Under the pieces are notes generated by a model, which saw only the letters and a list, made by a program, of their open reading frames with translations, had not been told where the DNA came from and ran no database searches. 64,000 bases of DNA, taken from Nageia nagi. Lineage: Eukaryota > Plantae > Pinophyta. The stretch's first letter is position 1, and every line of letters begins with the position of its first letter. Positions 25,548-38,779 of the stretch are shown here, piece by piece. Position numbers and translations under genes: made by a program. The stretch covers positions 20,212,001 through 20,276,000 of the forward strand of contig JBITNC010000002.1 of assembly GCA_050084985.1 (NCBI GenBank), written 5' to 3'.

Positions 25548-25824
25548 TAATCCAAATTTTAAGGACAATGATCATAGTGAATTGGCTCTAATTTTGGTAT
25601 TATCATGTTGATTGTTTCAATTACTTTGGATCATTGATTGATCCCAAGTTAGTAATCTTATTATCGTATTATTAATTCATGATTACAACCTCTTATCAAG
25701 ATGACGATAGGGACGACCTTTCATAATCATATTAGTGTTGATGATTAAGAGATTCTAAATACAAGTATGCAAACATTTTATGGTGGCCTTTGAAGCCAAG
25801 GAGAGGCTTTATGTGACTGCAAAG
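25548..25824. repeat. Copy 2 of the roughly 280-bp direct repeat
   Basis: Starts immediately after the Copia LTR terminus (...TTCCAACA at 25547) and matches 7110-7391. Confidence 0.9.
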
Positions 25825-28229
25825 TGGTCAAAGGGATCAAGCATTGAGGCCCTTAGTACCTATGTAATTGAGTTGGAGAGGTTGCTAGAGATTAAGAAGA
25901 AGGTGCTAAGGTTGGTAGGCTCCCAAATTGAGGTTGATTGATCTCGAGCTCAAACAATGGCCAAGCAAGATGATGCACAGGAGGAGGTACCCACAAGGAA
26001 GGTTGGGAAATTGGCAGTAATCTCAAAAGAGACCGAAGATGAGATGAGGGTCAAGGTTGTTATAGTGGCAATGTTGGAGATGATGATGAACTTAGTGGGG
26101 GTATTGATAAAGGACCATCGATTGGTGCCAAGGTTGGTAAGTTAATTTCTATGTTGATTAGTTTTGTTTACTTGACTACAAGTTGGGATTGGCTTTTTTA
26201 ATGATTGGTTTGATCATGTTATTGACTGGAAGTGCAATTATCAATATCATTAGAACTTAGAAGGTATTGCACATGGTCGAGAATGTCGATCTCTATAATG
26301 AGAACACCCAATTGAAGGGTAAGATGATAAGTTACATTACGGATATCACCAACTTCCTTGCCTAGCAAGACCTAACATATGTTATGGAGGTTGGGAAGCT
26401 CAACATTGAGTTTGAAGAGCTAAAGGGACAACAATAAGGTTGACTAAAATCATGCAAGACTCATATTACTACCTTGCAAAGTGACTTCAAAGGACTATAT
26501 CCAACATTAAGAGCCATTCTTATTAAAGGAGGGCATTTGATATGCCTAATGATGGCTTCTTGAATTGGAGACGGGATTTGGCTTGGTCTCAAGTTGATGG
26601 GTTTTGCTTCTCAATAATATCATAAGGAGGGGTTCCCTTTTTGTATGTTGTCCTGTACGTAATGATAATGTAGAAAAGGTAACCCCTTTTTGAGAAGGCC
26701 ATACTTACAAATATAAGCAAACAGTAGATAAACCATGTTTTTATTAGAAAACTAGCAAGACATGAAATTATGTAACAAGAATATTGAGAGGGGGTAAAAT
26801 CTAGAGCTAAAATATATTGTAATCAGTATTAATCTCCATGAACCTTTAACTTGAGGATCCTATTAATGAAAACATCTAATAAGAATATGAGATGACAAAA
26901 TCTAGACCTAACACATATCAAGTATATTTGTAGATACAACCAAACAGAGTTCTCTCAATGTGAAGGCATATGAAATTGCCTTCATGATGTTGTCTAGTTC
27001 AAGTTGATGAGAAGATAAATAATCATGGCAAATAGACTGCAATTGTATGAACACATCAAAATGATTTTGATAACACTTAACCCACATATTTAGATGTTCA
27101 ATAAGTGGATAAGAAAAATATAAACCTGGTAAGTGTATTACTAAAAGAGTTATAAAACTTGGAAATGGTTAAAAGAATATTGGATTGAGTGTGTGATCAA
27201 ATAAACCTTTGGAGGATGCACATAGGAAACAAATGCCTTTACGTGAAAAGTTGGTTCTAATTAAGGACAACGAGATTTACAAAGGGGTTTGTAGCATTAA
27301 ATGTAAAAACAATTCTTGACCCAACATTAAAAAATAAGGTACAGATATTTAACTGAAGTTTACAACCACGAGAAAGTGGAAAAGCTATCCCAAAACCTAC
27401 AGAGGGTGAAAAAAGTATTTCAATATTGTTATAACTTATAAGATAATATGTAACCCACAAACATAAGAAAATATGAGGGTATTTTTTAAGGTGGATGAAA
27501 GGACAATCAAGGGCCAAAGGAAAGGGAACTGCTATCTTCTTTTAAAATGAAAGAAATAACTCATTAAGTGCATATGACTTACTAACTCACTAGACGTCTT
27601 TACTATCATCTCACAATCTTTTTTCCGTGATGAATTGCTTCCATGTAGCAAGATAATTAAATTTATCCAAAAGTTGCTTTTCCCCCTTGAATATTGTAGC
27701 AGTATTTCAGTTCAGAAATCGTAAAGCTTGGACCTGCACTTCATGCCTGCTTTAGTGTCATCCTCCACAGTTGGGAGGTTGCATGTTACCATGTCACTTA
27801 CTCTGTCTATATGAAAGTGACAAATCAATGTGAAACCAGTTGCACACTTTGACAGCTGATATCGTTGATAATCCAGTGCTGAAAACTTGGAATTAATAAA
27901 ACAACGTAGTCCTCCAGCATAATATTTCCTTTGATTTATGTTGCAAAAAAACTGAAACAATCTATCACATTTCTTGTGTAAATTACTGTTACAATGCAAG
28001 CATTAATAAATATATTTTTAAATATTTACTTTAATTGAGTAAAAAAGAAGATCATATCTCATGAGAAACATGATACTGTGACCTTAAGAATAGACCTCAA
28101 AGTGCAAGCTACAAATATCAAACTCCATTAGAAGGATGCTTCCATCGAAAAACTTGGACGAAAATGGCCAAATCTGCATGTAGTTGGAAGATGGTTATAG
28201 GAAAAGTGCCCATTTGTAATACCATGAGA

Positions 28230-28283
28230 TCATCTAGTTGTTCCGACCAAATTAGCACCTTCAAGCTTTGCCCCTTCCAAGAC
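28230..28283 (-). CDS. FIP2: Last coding exon of a FIP2-like BTB/pentapeptide-repeat protein (VLEGAKLEGANLVGTTR*)
   Basis: Acceptor TTCAG|GTC, 54 nt, phase 0, ends in TGA. Pentapeptide repeats similar to the C-terminus of Arabidopsis FIP2 as I recall it. Confidence 0.88.
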   Translation of the reverse strand, partial: VLEGAKLEGANLVGTTR

Positions 28284-28704
28284 CTGAACAGTTTCCAAAG
28301 GAAGGGAAAATAGAGATTGTTAAAATATGTACTACTGTCAATTTTCAAAGACTATTGCAAACTTACAAAGACCTATATTAACAGAAAACTATGCTACAAC
28401 AGTGATCAATTCTGTCTCTTGCCTTGAGTAGCATAAAACAAAAAACATCAGAAATTTCTCATGTACAGTAAGATCTATCAAATTATCAATTGCTGATATA
28501 AAGGCCAATTAATGGTTTCTAATATCTTTTAAACGTTAGTCAAGAAGGGATGATCAGGAATAAATAATCGGAAAAAAATTAATGGGAAACAAATCTGGGC
28601 TTTAGTTACCAATGGATGATTTTTAGCAGATCATCAGATAAAATATTATGGAGAGAAATGGAGAAAGAAAGAAAGCAAGATTACACTGTGATTTGGGTGC
28701 AAGG

Positions 28705-29300
28705 AGGGTGGGGGATGGGGGAGGTGATTTTGGGATGTTTGGGTACTAAGCCATTTTTAGGATGCGACATGGCAGACAAGTGCAGCATTTAAAAATATAT
28801 AAAAATGTAAAATATAAAAATATTAAATATTTTTATATTTTAATTTTTTACAAATATTAAATATTTCTCAAAACATTTTAAAAATTAAAACATTTCAAAT
28901 ATTAACTATTAAAACATTAATTTTTTAATATTTCTTTTTTTCTTCTAGTGTTTATTTTTTTGGGTATATTTTTTCCTTTTCTCTTGCCCGCATGGGAAAG
29001 CTAGACATCCCTAGTGCAGTTGAGAGACATCATTAACATCCCCAAGCCATCCTTATTTTCGACCAACAAACAAACCTAGAACATCCCTATTTTTGTTTAG
29101 TTGTCTTGAGGATGTCCCTCAGCTTTGTCTAACCAAAGGTTGGTAGGGCATCCCTCGTCCCTCGGTTTCATCGAGCCATCCTAAGAACATCCCCTAGTTT
29201 TGTCTGGCCAACCGAGGTTGGTAGGGGGCATCCCCCTTGCTGCCCCTCTAGTTCAAGGATGCTAAGGGGACAGGGACAACCCACAACCCTTCGGTGCGAA
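28705..29300. mobile_element. Degenerate MITE-like, non-autonomous DNA-transposon-like sequence
   Basis: GGGATG/CATCCC-rich flanks surround an AT-rich core, with an internal repeat near 29131 and 29211. Termini were not resolved. Confidence 0.3.
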
Positions 29301-29790
29301 TCCTCATGAAACCTTGAAAGAAAGAAATTTTATTAGACAAGTGACAATAATAGGTCCATGGAACTTGTGAAATAATACAAAGTGGGTAAAAAAAACATTG
29401 ACTTTGACTTTGACTTTGAACAAAAAGTATGAATATGGTAAATCAATTCCAAAAAATAAGGGAATGCTGAGTGGTAGAAGATCCAAAGCCATTGGCAATT
29501 GCCTCAAAGGAACCAATATAATATTTGATGATGCTTATGAAAGAGTGGCCAGGGTTGAGTATGCCTAGCTGGACTACCTTTGGAGGGTGTTTTGAGGGGG
29601 CAGGAGGGATAGGGGGGAAGAGAGAGTGAATCAAAATGATGACTTGTGGGGGGGGGGGGAAGAGAATGGAAATGATGACTTGATTAAATGGCAAGACTAG
29701 ATAGACCAAAAAAAAAATAGGCTAGTTGATCCAACTAAAATATTCCAATGCAAATAATGGTAGAATGAATGATCATGGAAGTTGGATGCT

Positions 29791-32700
29791 TGTAATATTC
29801 CCAATTTTGGTCTTCCAACTCATTTTCGTTTGGAGGAATTTTCGTCTTCCACAAGCCAGGAATTGCCAATTCGTCACTCGGAAGGAATAGAGAATCTCAT
29901 GCCATTCGTCCGATGAGGGGGAGGGGAGAGTAATGATTCAAATAGGACACACGAGTGAAAGATGGCAGACCTGGAGGAATAAGTGTAAAAGGAATACACA
30001 TATGGCTTCTATAGCAATGCCACAAATTGAGGCAACGGGAACCATATATAATGGGGACAAATGAAGGGCCAAGATTGGGAAGCTGGGGTGGCAAGTTGAG
30101 AATTGTGATTTAGAATGATGCACCCATAGACACTAATCATGTGTGTTGCATGCAAGCAAGATGACGGGCTAGAAGCCTCTTGAACCGGCCTATGGAGAGG
30201 AATTCAGGTAGGATCTGATAGTCTAGTAGATCCTTTGCAACGGTGGTATTGATGGATTCTTTGACGCTCTAAATGGCCATAATCAGAGCTGGTCCTGGAA
30301 GGTGTCGAAATCATGGGACAAAGGCAGGGTGGTAGTGGACAGACACCAATTCTCAATCTAGATCACATGGTACGGCAATACGCAAATACGAGTACCCGGT
30401 ACATAGTATGTTAGGTGTTGAAAATCTGGTACGTTGGTACGACATATATATATGTTTTTTTCTAAAATACCATATTAACTTGCAATTTGCAGAAAATAAG
30501 ATGATATCAAATACACTCATACACTCAATGCTTTGCCTTTTCCCCTTTGCTCAATGGTCAATGCTCAATGCTGCAATGCTAAAACCCTTGAAACTTGAGA
30601 GTTAAGTGTGAGTGAGTGAGTGTTTTGGTGTAAGAAATGAAAGACGACAACTTTAAATAGCCAAAAAGGATGCTTTTTTATTATTTTATTAAGTGTTTTT
30701 TTAAAACCCTCGCCTGGTACGTGCCTGGTACGCATACCAATACACGACTACGTGTACCAGGTATGCGTACTAGTATACGACTACGTGTACCCGATACGTG
30801 TACTAGTATACGACTAAGTGTACCCAGTACGCATACCACATTTGGTACCCGTACCCTATACGTACAGTACACAGTACGCGGGGGTCCCAGACATACCCTG
30901 TTTCCTTGTTCTCAATCAATGCAGAATTGATTGAGGAAGCTACAGGCATGGCTAATTTTGGAAGGAGGCATTGCAAGGAGATGCACACGTCGGTAGCGAA
31001 GGTTTAGGCTTTTTATGGGCAAGGGGTGCCTTTACCGGAGAAGAGGAAATCAGCTTACCCAATCGAGTCAATCCTTTATCCTTCGAATGAGGTTGCCAAC
31101 GCAATTGCGAAGCTCTTCACAATGGAAGGAAGGTACTCGGAGCTCTACGGCTACCATTTTGTCTTGTTGTGCCACTTCAAAGGTTTGTATAGAGTCAATC
31201 TACCATATTTTTTGTTTCATTCTTTGGATATTTACATTAGGAGGAATAGAGGAGCAGTCCTTGTCCATCAAGGGCTGATTAAGATCTTGGTGGAATTTTG
31301 AGCGTATGGGGGCTAGAAGAGTGACACCATTGCTTCAGCAGCAGCCAAGACACCCTCAGGAAAATCCCCAAGCTTCTATTGATTAGGGATCATCGAGCAG
31401 GTCACTACTATGGCTTCCATCAGTAGAAAGGCCACCAGCTTCTTCTGTTGTGGTGGTTGTATCTTCAGAACTAGACAACTCCCTGTCAAATTTTGAGGGA
31501 GAGGCTTCGTCTAGAAGGAGAGGAAAATTCAGAATTGATTTAGAGAAGGAGGAGGAGGACTTGGTTATGTAGGCCACAAGTCCTATGATCGAGTCACCAC
31601 GGACTCGACCAATGGATGAAGAGAAGGACATGAAGGAAACACAACCTACGCGTTTTAGGACAAACTCGAGGCAAGAGAACGAAGAAGCTATAGAGGAATC
31701 CTAGCCTGCACAGGAGGATCAATGTCCTAAGGAGGACATGCCTGGTAAGGACCTTGGAGGACCCAGCAAGCTGAAAACCTTAATTCCGAAGATGAAGTTC
31801 AAGAAGTGGTATGGTAAGCGGAGGCATTTTGTGGAACGGGGCAAAATTGGCTAACAAAGAAAGGAATAGCAGGATGCCATAATGGTTAGGCGAGCGATGA
31901 AGGCCTCCCAATACCAATGGTATAATAAGTAGAGATTTGGGGGAATGCATGGGATAGTCACCCTGGCCTCTACACAGAAGGATGTACCTACAGGTATTCC
32001 AATTCAGAATGTGGAAGGCCTGTCACAGATGGAAATCGAGTTGTTTTAGGAGTGCTTCAACAAGAAGGACCCCAATTTTGAGTTGGACTATAGCTCACTG
32101 ATACAACCAGTGAAAGGATGGTGTGATTAGCAAGTTGAAAGCAAGGATCATTGCTCGTAGCTAGTTAGGTGGCAACTACGGTGACTCTCAAATGATAGTT
32201 CTAGGAACATATGTACTATTGTTAATATCTATAAACTTTTTGTATATATAAGTTTTGGGGCCCTTTTTGAAAACCCGCTTTAAATTTTACCTATATCGGG
32301 AAAAAATCTCGTGCCATTCGTTTTGACAGGTTACACAACATGGTTTCATCAAGAAGCTAAGGCATTATGGCATTTGGAAGTTCACCTATCGAGCCATATT
32401 TTTCATATAGTGCGTGTGCGAGAATTCGTAATTCTCTCTCGTTTGAGTAATGTCCCTCTTCTAGGGATGAGCAATTGCAACATAGTTTATTTAGGAGTGA
32501 TTTACCTTTAATTAGGGGTATTTTAATAAGTGAACCACTAGCAATGCCCAAATATTTGTAATGCGTGATTCCAAGGTATGTCTTGGAGTCATAAAGTTGT
32601 ATTTAGGAGTCTATTTGTAAGTTAAAAGGGCACTTAGTATGCCTCTAAATGTAATAGAACTCCCCTCTATATGGGATGCCTCACTAGAGGTAGAGTTTCA

Positions 32701-33812
32701 TGATTTCGAGGATGATTATGTGGATCTTGAGACACATTTGTAATCCATATGATGTATTCCTATTCCTAAGGTTGAATTGAGGCCCTTAGATGAGATTGTT
32801 GTAATCCTAAGGAACATATGATGCAACGTCTCACTCCAAGAGCAAATCTAGACCATCAAGGGCGATTGTGGTGATCCCAAGGTATCATGGACGCATCTAG
32901 AAGGGACATTGGCAAGAGGAGCACTTGGACGCTATAAAAGGGAGAGTCTTGGATTCATTTCAAATGCTTGATTATTACTTCTTCTTTTTTACACTAGACG
33001 TAGGGTGCTAACTCTCCTCCTACCCTTGTGAACAAACCCACCTGGAGGTACTTGATGTCTAGCAAAGCCTCACGACTTAACAGATTGCTACTTTGAGGAA
33101 TAGCATACTTCAAAGGTTATAGCTAGCTATCCAAGGGTGATAGCATTACCTTGGATTATCTTAAGACTACTAGTGGGACTCTAGAGTCTCCGTCGTAGCT
33201 TGAGGAGGAGGAAGCCCTGGTGCAAACCTTGTCGCTATTAAGGATTATTTGAAGCCCTAGTGCTTCTTTATTTGAAAATCATAAATATCTCTGAGAAATC
33301 ATCCCTAGGGCACACTTGCTCTAGAATATGAGGCATGTAATTATGTTCTTATTTGCAATATAATTCAAATTACATTTGTGGCTCCAATTATTTGTGTTAT
33401 TTTATGAGATCTTTCCCTAGCTACCTAAACATTGCATTATGAGGATTTGTTATTGAGTTTGTGCACTTTGCTACTAGACATTGGGTCATTTGCTTGAGAT
33501 CTTGCATCCTTGGCCTAGATGTTGGATTTGTGGATGTTATTTCATGTCATTCTACCATAACTGCCTGGACATTGAGCTTGCATGAGGTATTTGCACTATT
33601 TTGAGCATTGTGCATGAGATCTGGCATTACTGGCTTAGACATTGGATTTTGGCATTAAAATATTGCACTTGAGGTTGGACGTTCGCATTTTTTGAGTATA
33701 AATAGGGCATTTTGGGTATTTTAAGTGCATGAACAGTTTAAGAGTGAATTTTAGTAATTTTTATGAACCCTGTTTGGGCAATTCCAGACCAGCCCTAGTT
33801 CGGAATATTTCA
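29791..33812 (+). mobile_element. About 4-kb TG..CA unit (long solo-LTR-like) in a FIP2 intron, with internal ORF remnants
   Basis: Termini TGTAATATTCC / GGAATATTTCA are inverted repeats, and the flanks are ATGCT/ATGCC. The distal part shares motifs with the 42365-51660 LTR. ORF remnant at 31026-31301, followed by an acidic tract. Confidence 0.7.
30365..30885. mobile_element. Small GTAC-rich MITE-like insertion with a 33-bp tandem repeat (about 30728-30840)
   Basis: GTAC/GGTAC clusters at both ends and an AT-rich core. The unit GGTACGCATACCAATACACGACTACGTGTACCA occurs about 3.4 times. Confidence 0.5.
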
Positions 33813-34907
33813 ATGCCATTCTTATACCCAGGGGAATTTCCAAGCGCAATAGATGTTAAAGCCATCCTTCAGATATTAAGGTGGATTTTAGGAAGCTAAA
33901 ACATTTCTCAGCCAAGCTGTCAATTCTAAGCTGGTTTCTAAGACACATTCTAAGGCAATTCAAAGTTGTAACGTGATTTATATTTGCCAAACGGTCAAAA
34001 TTGTTGGACAAGAAAGTTGCTAGTGTCAAAAATAAGAAGTCTTTAAAACTGGAAAAATACTTTGGCTTCTAAGAATTTGAAGCAATACATATGCACAAAT
34101 GCTTCTATATCTAGAATATGCACATTTATGCACAGATGTAGGCAATACTCCATATTAGAAATTAAAATAAAAATGGAAAATGAAAAAGAGTTTTCTTAAT
34201 ATCCACATATGACCACAGTTGATCAACAGGCCTCAAAAGTGCAACAATGATATCATATAATAGAAGTAGGAAGGCAAATAAAAGAAAACCCTCAAGAAAG
34301 ACGAGTAACTAAAAAAATAGAGAGAACTAAGAATATATAAACTGGAAAGAAAAAGGGGCAAGCCCAAAGGAACATTTCAGTTTACATGCTATCTCCATAC
34401 CCAAGCCTGACTCATATAATGCACTCCATAGTTGACTGAATTCTTGGAATGTTGCCAATATGTTTCGTCAGACATCAAAAATTCAAAGAAGAATGTGTTT
34501 GTTAGCAATGAGGACGATCATCTGAGCAACAACTTTCTGGTAATGTGGGTTGGCCAAGCCAAGCCTGAAGACACTCACATTGACAGGTCACAGTTTGATA
34601 ACACCTTAAAATGTTCATATCTTAATCATTAACAGGAAAAAGAAACTCTACAGTGCTTATAAATCCACTTCAAAAAAACCAGGAATTGCCTTGTGTGAAA
34701 TGTTCTTGATTCAAGAAGATAGTTTTGCAAAAATCATGTTAAGTTGCAAGAAAAATCCGGTTTGAAATGATAAACTTGACAAGCATAGATTGCACAAAAA
34801 ACAGTACCATGGATATGACTCTGGAAAGGCAAAACAAAATCGTCTTGTATGTTCTTATTTTAATTGTCTACTCATATTGCCAAGTCATCCAGGCACAGTT
34901 TTCTTAC

Positions 34908-34988
34908 TGTATCTCGTAAATCCACATCACGCAAGTACGCTCGTTGAAGGTTCGCCCGTTGCAGATTTGCACCATTCAGTTTTGCACC
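34908..34988 (-). CDS. FIP2: FIP2-like exon (GAKLNGANLQRANLQRAYLRDVDLRDT)
   Basis: CACAG|GGT...ACA|GTAAGA, 81 nt, phase 0/0. ANLQRAYLR is a FIP2 signature. Confidence 0.92.
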
Positions 34989-35994
34989 CTGTGAAGTTAT
35001 AACAACAGAAGAAAACTGATTATGCCAAGTGAATGCAAGTGTGAATGGAAGCTTTCATGTTGGACTTACCATTGACACCTGGATAGGAAATTGAACTAAA
35101 ATTATCCAACTTAATTTCCATTAGAAGATATTTTTACGCATAACAATCTCTCAGTGATAATTATTATGGCAATCAAGCAGAAATCTATACTTATCAGTAG
35201 AGGTAACTCTAATGGATAATATGTATTTATTCCTCTTTAATATGAACAGGATAGATTGCTGCATTTCATGAACATGACCTAGTACGAACAAGAAATCTTT
35301 GGTATGAAAGTAAAAACTATATCTGTTCTATAGGAACCATGTAATCATATTTACAAGGAGGCAAATTGAGGTTATATACAAGGCCTGTTACACATTAGGA
35401 TTTCAAAAAGCGCATAAATTATTTGGTCACAATCTCTAAACTGGACAAATAATTAAGGCATCTTCTGAAAATCATGCATGTAAACCAAATGAAATAATGT
35501 CAATATACACCACAGAAAGGTAATCTTGTTGCTAATCATCACTCCTTTCAAAGTAGATAAATAAAGCTTGCATGACAAGATCCACTCTTAGTAACAAGAC
35601 TGCAGAACAGAAAGCTGATGGTTGTCATGATAGAAATTCTCTTATCTTTACAAAGATAAATCCCTTTCCTGTTGAATTTTCCTAACAAAATTTTGGTTCC
35701 TTCTGTCATTCCTACAAAAGCCAGTAATGGATCCTAGCAAATTTTCCAGTGGGTATAACTCTAACCCAAAAGGTTGGAAGTATTACAATTCTTACAAAGA
35801 ATTTAGCCGATCTACACTGAACACTGACATCTTATAAAGACACCTTGCATGGTGCAAATGTCAAATTTTAAGTTTTATATAAGAACTTAGAAGTGAAGGC
35901 AAAGACCAGCTGAAAGAGTGCATTATATATTTACAGGAAAATAAATGTTTAGGGCAATGATAATATCCTCTTCAATGCAAACAATATTTTTATT

Positions 35995-37625
35995 AGTTGG
36001 GCCTTGGGATTGCCTACGAGAGCACAGGTGAACCTAGCTCAAAACCCTAAAGCGTTTTTTCTAAGAGGAAGGTTTTCTGGCTCATCCTATGATTGATGAA
36101 ACCCTTAGGAAAGCAATGTTCATGTTTGAATCCCGACAACAGAAGGATGTTGCAAAGTGTTGTCGGAGTTTTAGAAGGGTTTGGTTTCTTCTGTTGCATG
36201 TTGTTAGCTTTCAGTGGGGTTGTTTTGTGCGGCCTCGGTCATGAGTTTGGAGATTGAAGGAGCACTGGTGAAGAAGCGGATGGGGATATTAGAGTCAGAG
36301 GCAAGGACAAAGATTGAATTTTGTCAGGTGCAAGGTCATTTGTTTCTTGGGATTTTAAAGGTCTGGAGGCTCTTTTTGCCCTTCATATCCCTCAAAAGGC
36401 ATTCGACAAGGTTGGACAAAAGGTTCATGGAGTTCGTGTTGGCACAAGGGGTGAGAACAGATAAGACACCCATTATGCCTATGGGGCAGGGATTTGGAGG
36501 GCATAGGGCTTGGCTATTTTGTATGTTTTCTTTCTTTTTGTTCAACTCTGGCCTGGTTTGAATCCTTTTGTTGTATCTCGTACAAAAGCAAAGCTCTAGT
36601 TGTCCTCTAGACACACATTATCCGACACCATGGCAGCTAGCTTGCGCAATAGGAAAGGCAAAGGAGGCCTTTGGGGGAATCGTTTTTGAATACTCATTTC
36701 CAAATATTGTGTTGTGTTTTTGAGATCGAAGTGGAAGTGGAAGTCCCTGTAGTCTACAAGATTGGGGAGACGGCAGGGGTGGTATCCCTGTTATGTCTAC
36801 TAGAACGGGAGTTGGAGCTTCAAGTTTCAATCATGGAATGGACCCTTCTTTTACTCAGCACGAGGTGTTGGAGTGCATCAAGGATGTGGTTTATCGAAGT
36901 GGTCGAGTCCTATGTGAAGGAATCTTGAAGTTTGTACTTCTGCCTGGGGGTGTATTAGGTTTAGATCCCTATTTTGGTTTGATCCTCTTTCTGAGAGAGA
37001 GTATAGTAGTTACTAGCTTGTGCAGACCTTTGGAGTTCTATCTACTCATTTCTCCCATTTCTAATTGTTGGGTTGTATTTTTGAGATCGGGGCTCTCATA
37101 GAAGCAAGAGTCCATGCGCTTGTCAGGGCTAGAGAAGAGCTTCAAGGTTTCATGCACGAGGTAGATAATAGATCTTTTACCCAACATGCTTGCGGGGTGT
37201 TGGAAAGCATTAGGGATGTGGAATGTATTGTTTCCTTCTTGGGCAGGAATTGTGAGGATTTAATTCTTGTTATCTGGTGAAGGCATTTGGGCAGAGATTT
37301 TAAGCCCTGGTTGTAATGGTCTTGTTTTTGCTATCTGGTTCTTGGAAGCCTCTATGGGTAGGAGGAAATTAGTAGTTAAGTATGGGTGAGAAAAGGGCAA
37401 TTTGAATATCAAAGCCCAGATCCAAATGTCATTTTTATGATTTTATTGGTGTTTTATTTTATTTAGTAGGAACAATTTTGCAAAGTCTCAAGGAGTAGCA
37501 CTATTGTTGTAATGGTCTTAAACAGGCTAAGGATTAAAGTGTTTCTTTTATGTCCAGACTGTTTTGTACAGGTTTGAGGACTTCTAAACCTCCATGACTA
37601 ATATTAAAAAAATAAAAATAAAAAT
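35995..37625 (+). mobile_element. Degenerate non-LTR retroposon-like insertion with an A-rich tail
   Basis: There is a compositional shift from the surrounding intron. It ends GGTTTGAGG..AAACC..TAATATTAAAAAAATAAAAATAAAAAT and has an internal repeat near 36850 and 37175. No clear TSD. Confidence 0.3.
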
Positions 37626-38028
37626 AGCAGTAAACATCTGTTAATTATTTCATTATCCAATTATTTTACCTATAACTGTTATATAGTTCATTAAAAACTG
37701 ATCTTGAATAAATCAGAAAAGAACGAACAGATCTCTGATCAAAAAAAGTAGGATTTTGATACTGAATTTATTAACAGAAATGTTTTCTTTTATGACACTT
37801 GTGTTCTTTTCACATCCAGCGATTATATTAAGCAAAAAGGCATTATGGTGTTCACGCAAATTGAAGTGTGAGTTCCTTAAATCACTTCAAAATTTTAAAC
37901 ATCTACTAACCTGATAACATAAATTTTACTTCAACAATCACATTGTTAATGTTCTTGATTATTTTGTTTCCATTTTATCCTACTTGTGAAAAATGACTAT
38001 TCCCAGTATAATTGTTTGTTGCACATAC

Positions 38029-38088
38029 CTTCAGGTTTGCTCCTTCAAGATTAGCCCCTGCTAGGTTAGCATTAGTGAGATCTGCATT
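38029..38088 (-). CDS. FIP2: FIP2-like exon (NADLTNANLAGANLEGANLK)
   Basis: TACAG|AAT...AAG|GTATGT, 60 nt, phase 0/0. Confidence 0.92.
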
Positions 38089-38779
38089 CTGTAAATCAGT
38101 TCATAATTCTAGTCATTAAAGAGTTAACAGTGAAAAGAGGTATGCCTTGTATATGACTTCAGTTTAAAAAAACCAAGACAATAAGCATTCCGTACATCAG
38201 ATTTTAAATTTTCAAATGGCACAGTTTAGAGCAACGCATTATCAGAAAACACAAGATTTCTTCAAAATACAATAAAGAAAGAACCCCAAAATCATGACCA
38301 CGAAATATCTCTTGAAATGTTCAGATAGTACAAATAAATATTCCTTGTACCCAACAGTCTAAGCTCTGTTCAATTGCCAAACAACATAAAAAATTGACAT
38401 ATTTCATCTAGATGTACAAGACGAGTTTGGTTGAAATCCAACTAGTGATGCCTCAAACATGAAGAACATCAAGGGAAGACTTATTTTCAGATTTGTTTTT
38501 AATAGCTTCCTATAGCAGCAGAAATAAAAATAACATAGAAGAGACCGCAGGAACTCTATCATACACTCATCATTAGATGGGAATATATAGTGCACAATAG
38601 GATAGGTAAACATTACAACAAGCCCCTGTTAGCTGCCCATGAACATGACCTAGGGGTTGATCTTTAACCTGTGAGATTCATGTCCAAAAAGCATTCAATT
38701 CAAAGAATACTTGTCCTGCATTGCATCATTGCATGCAAGTATTCCATGTGATGATTATAGTAGACATATGAGACTATGT

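Noticed and set aside
25850-26650. Purine-rich stretch with a short ORF (25957-26145)
   Set aside because: It is probably decayed TE sequence, but no motif or terminus could be identified.
27734-28222. Possible 3' UTR intron just after the FIP2 stop codon
   Set aside because: The donor G|GTATTA is weak and the candidate acceptor has no pyrimidine tract. It cannot be supported without transcripts.
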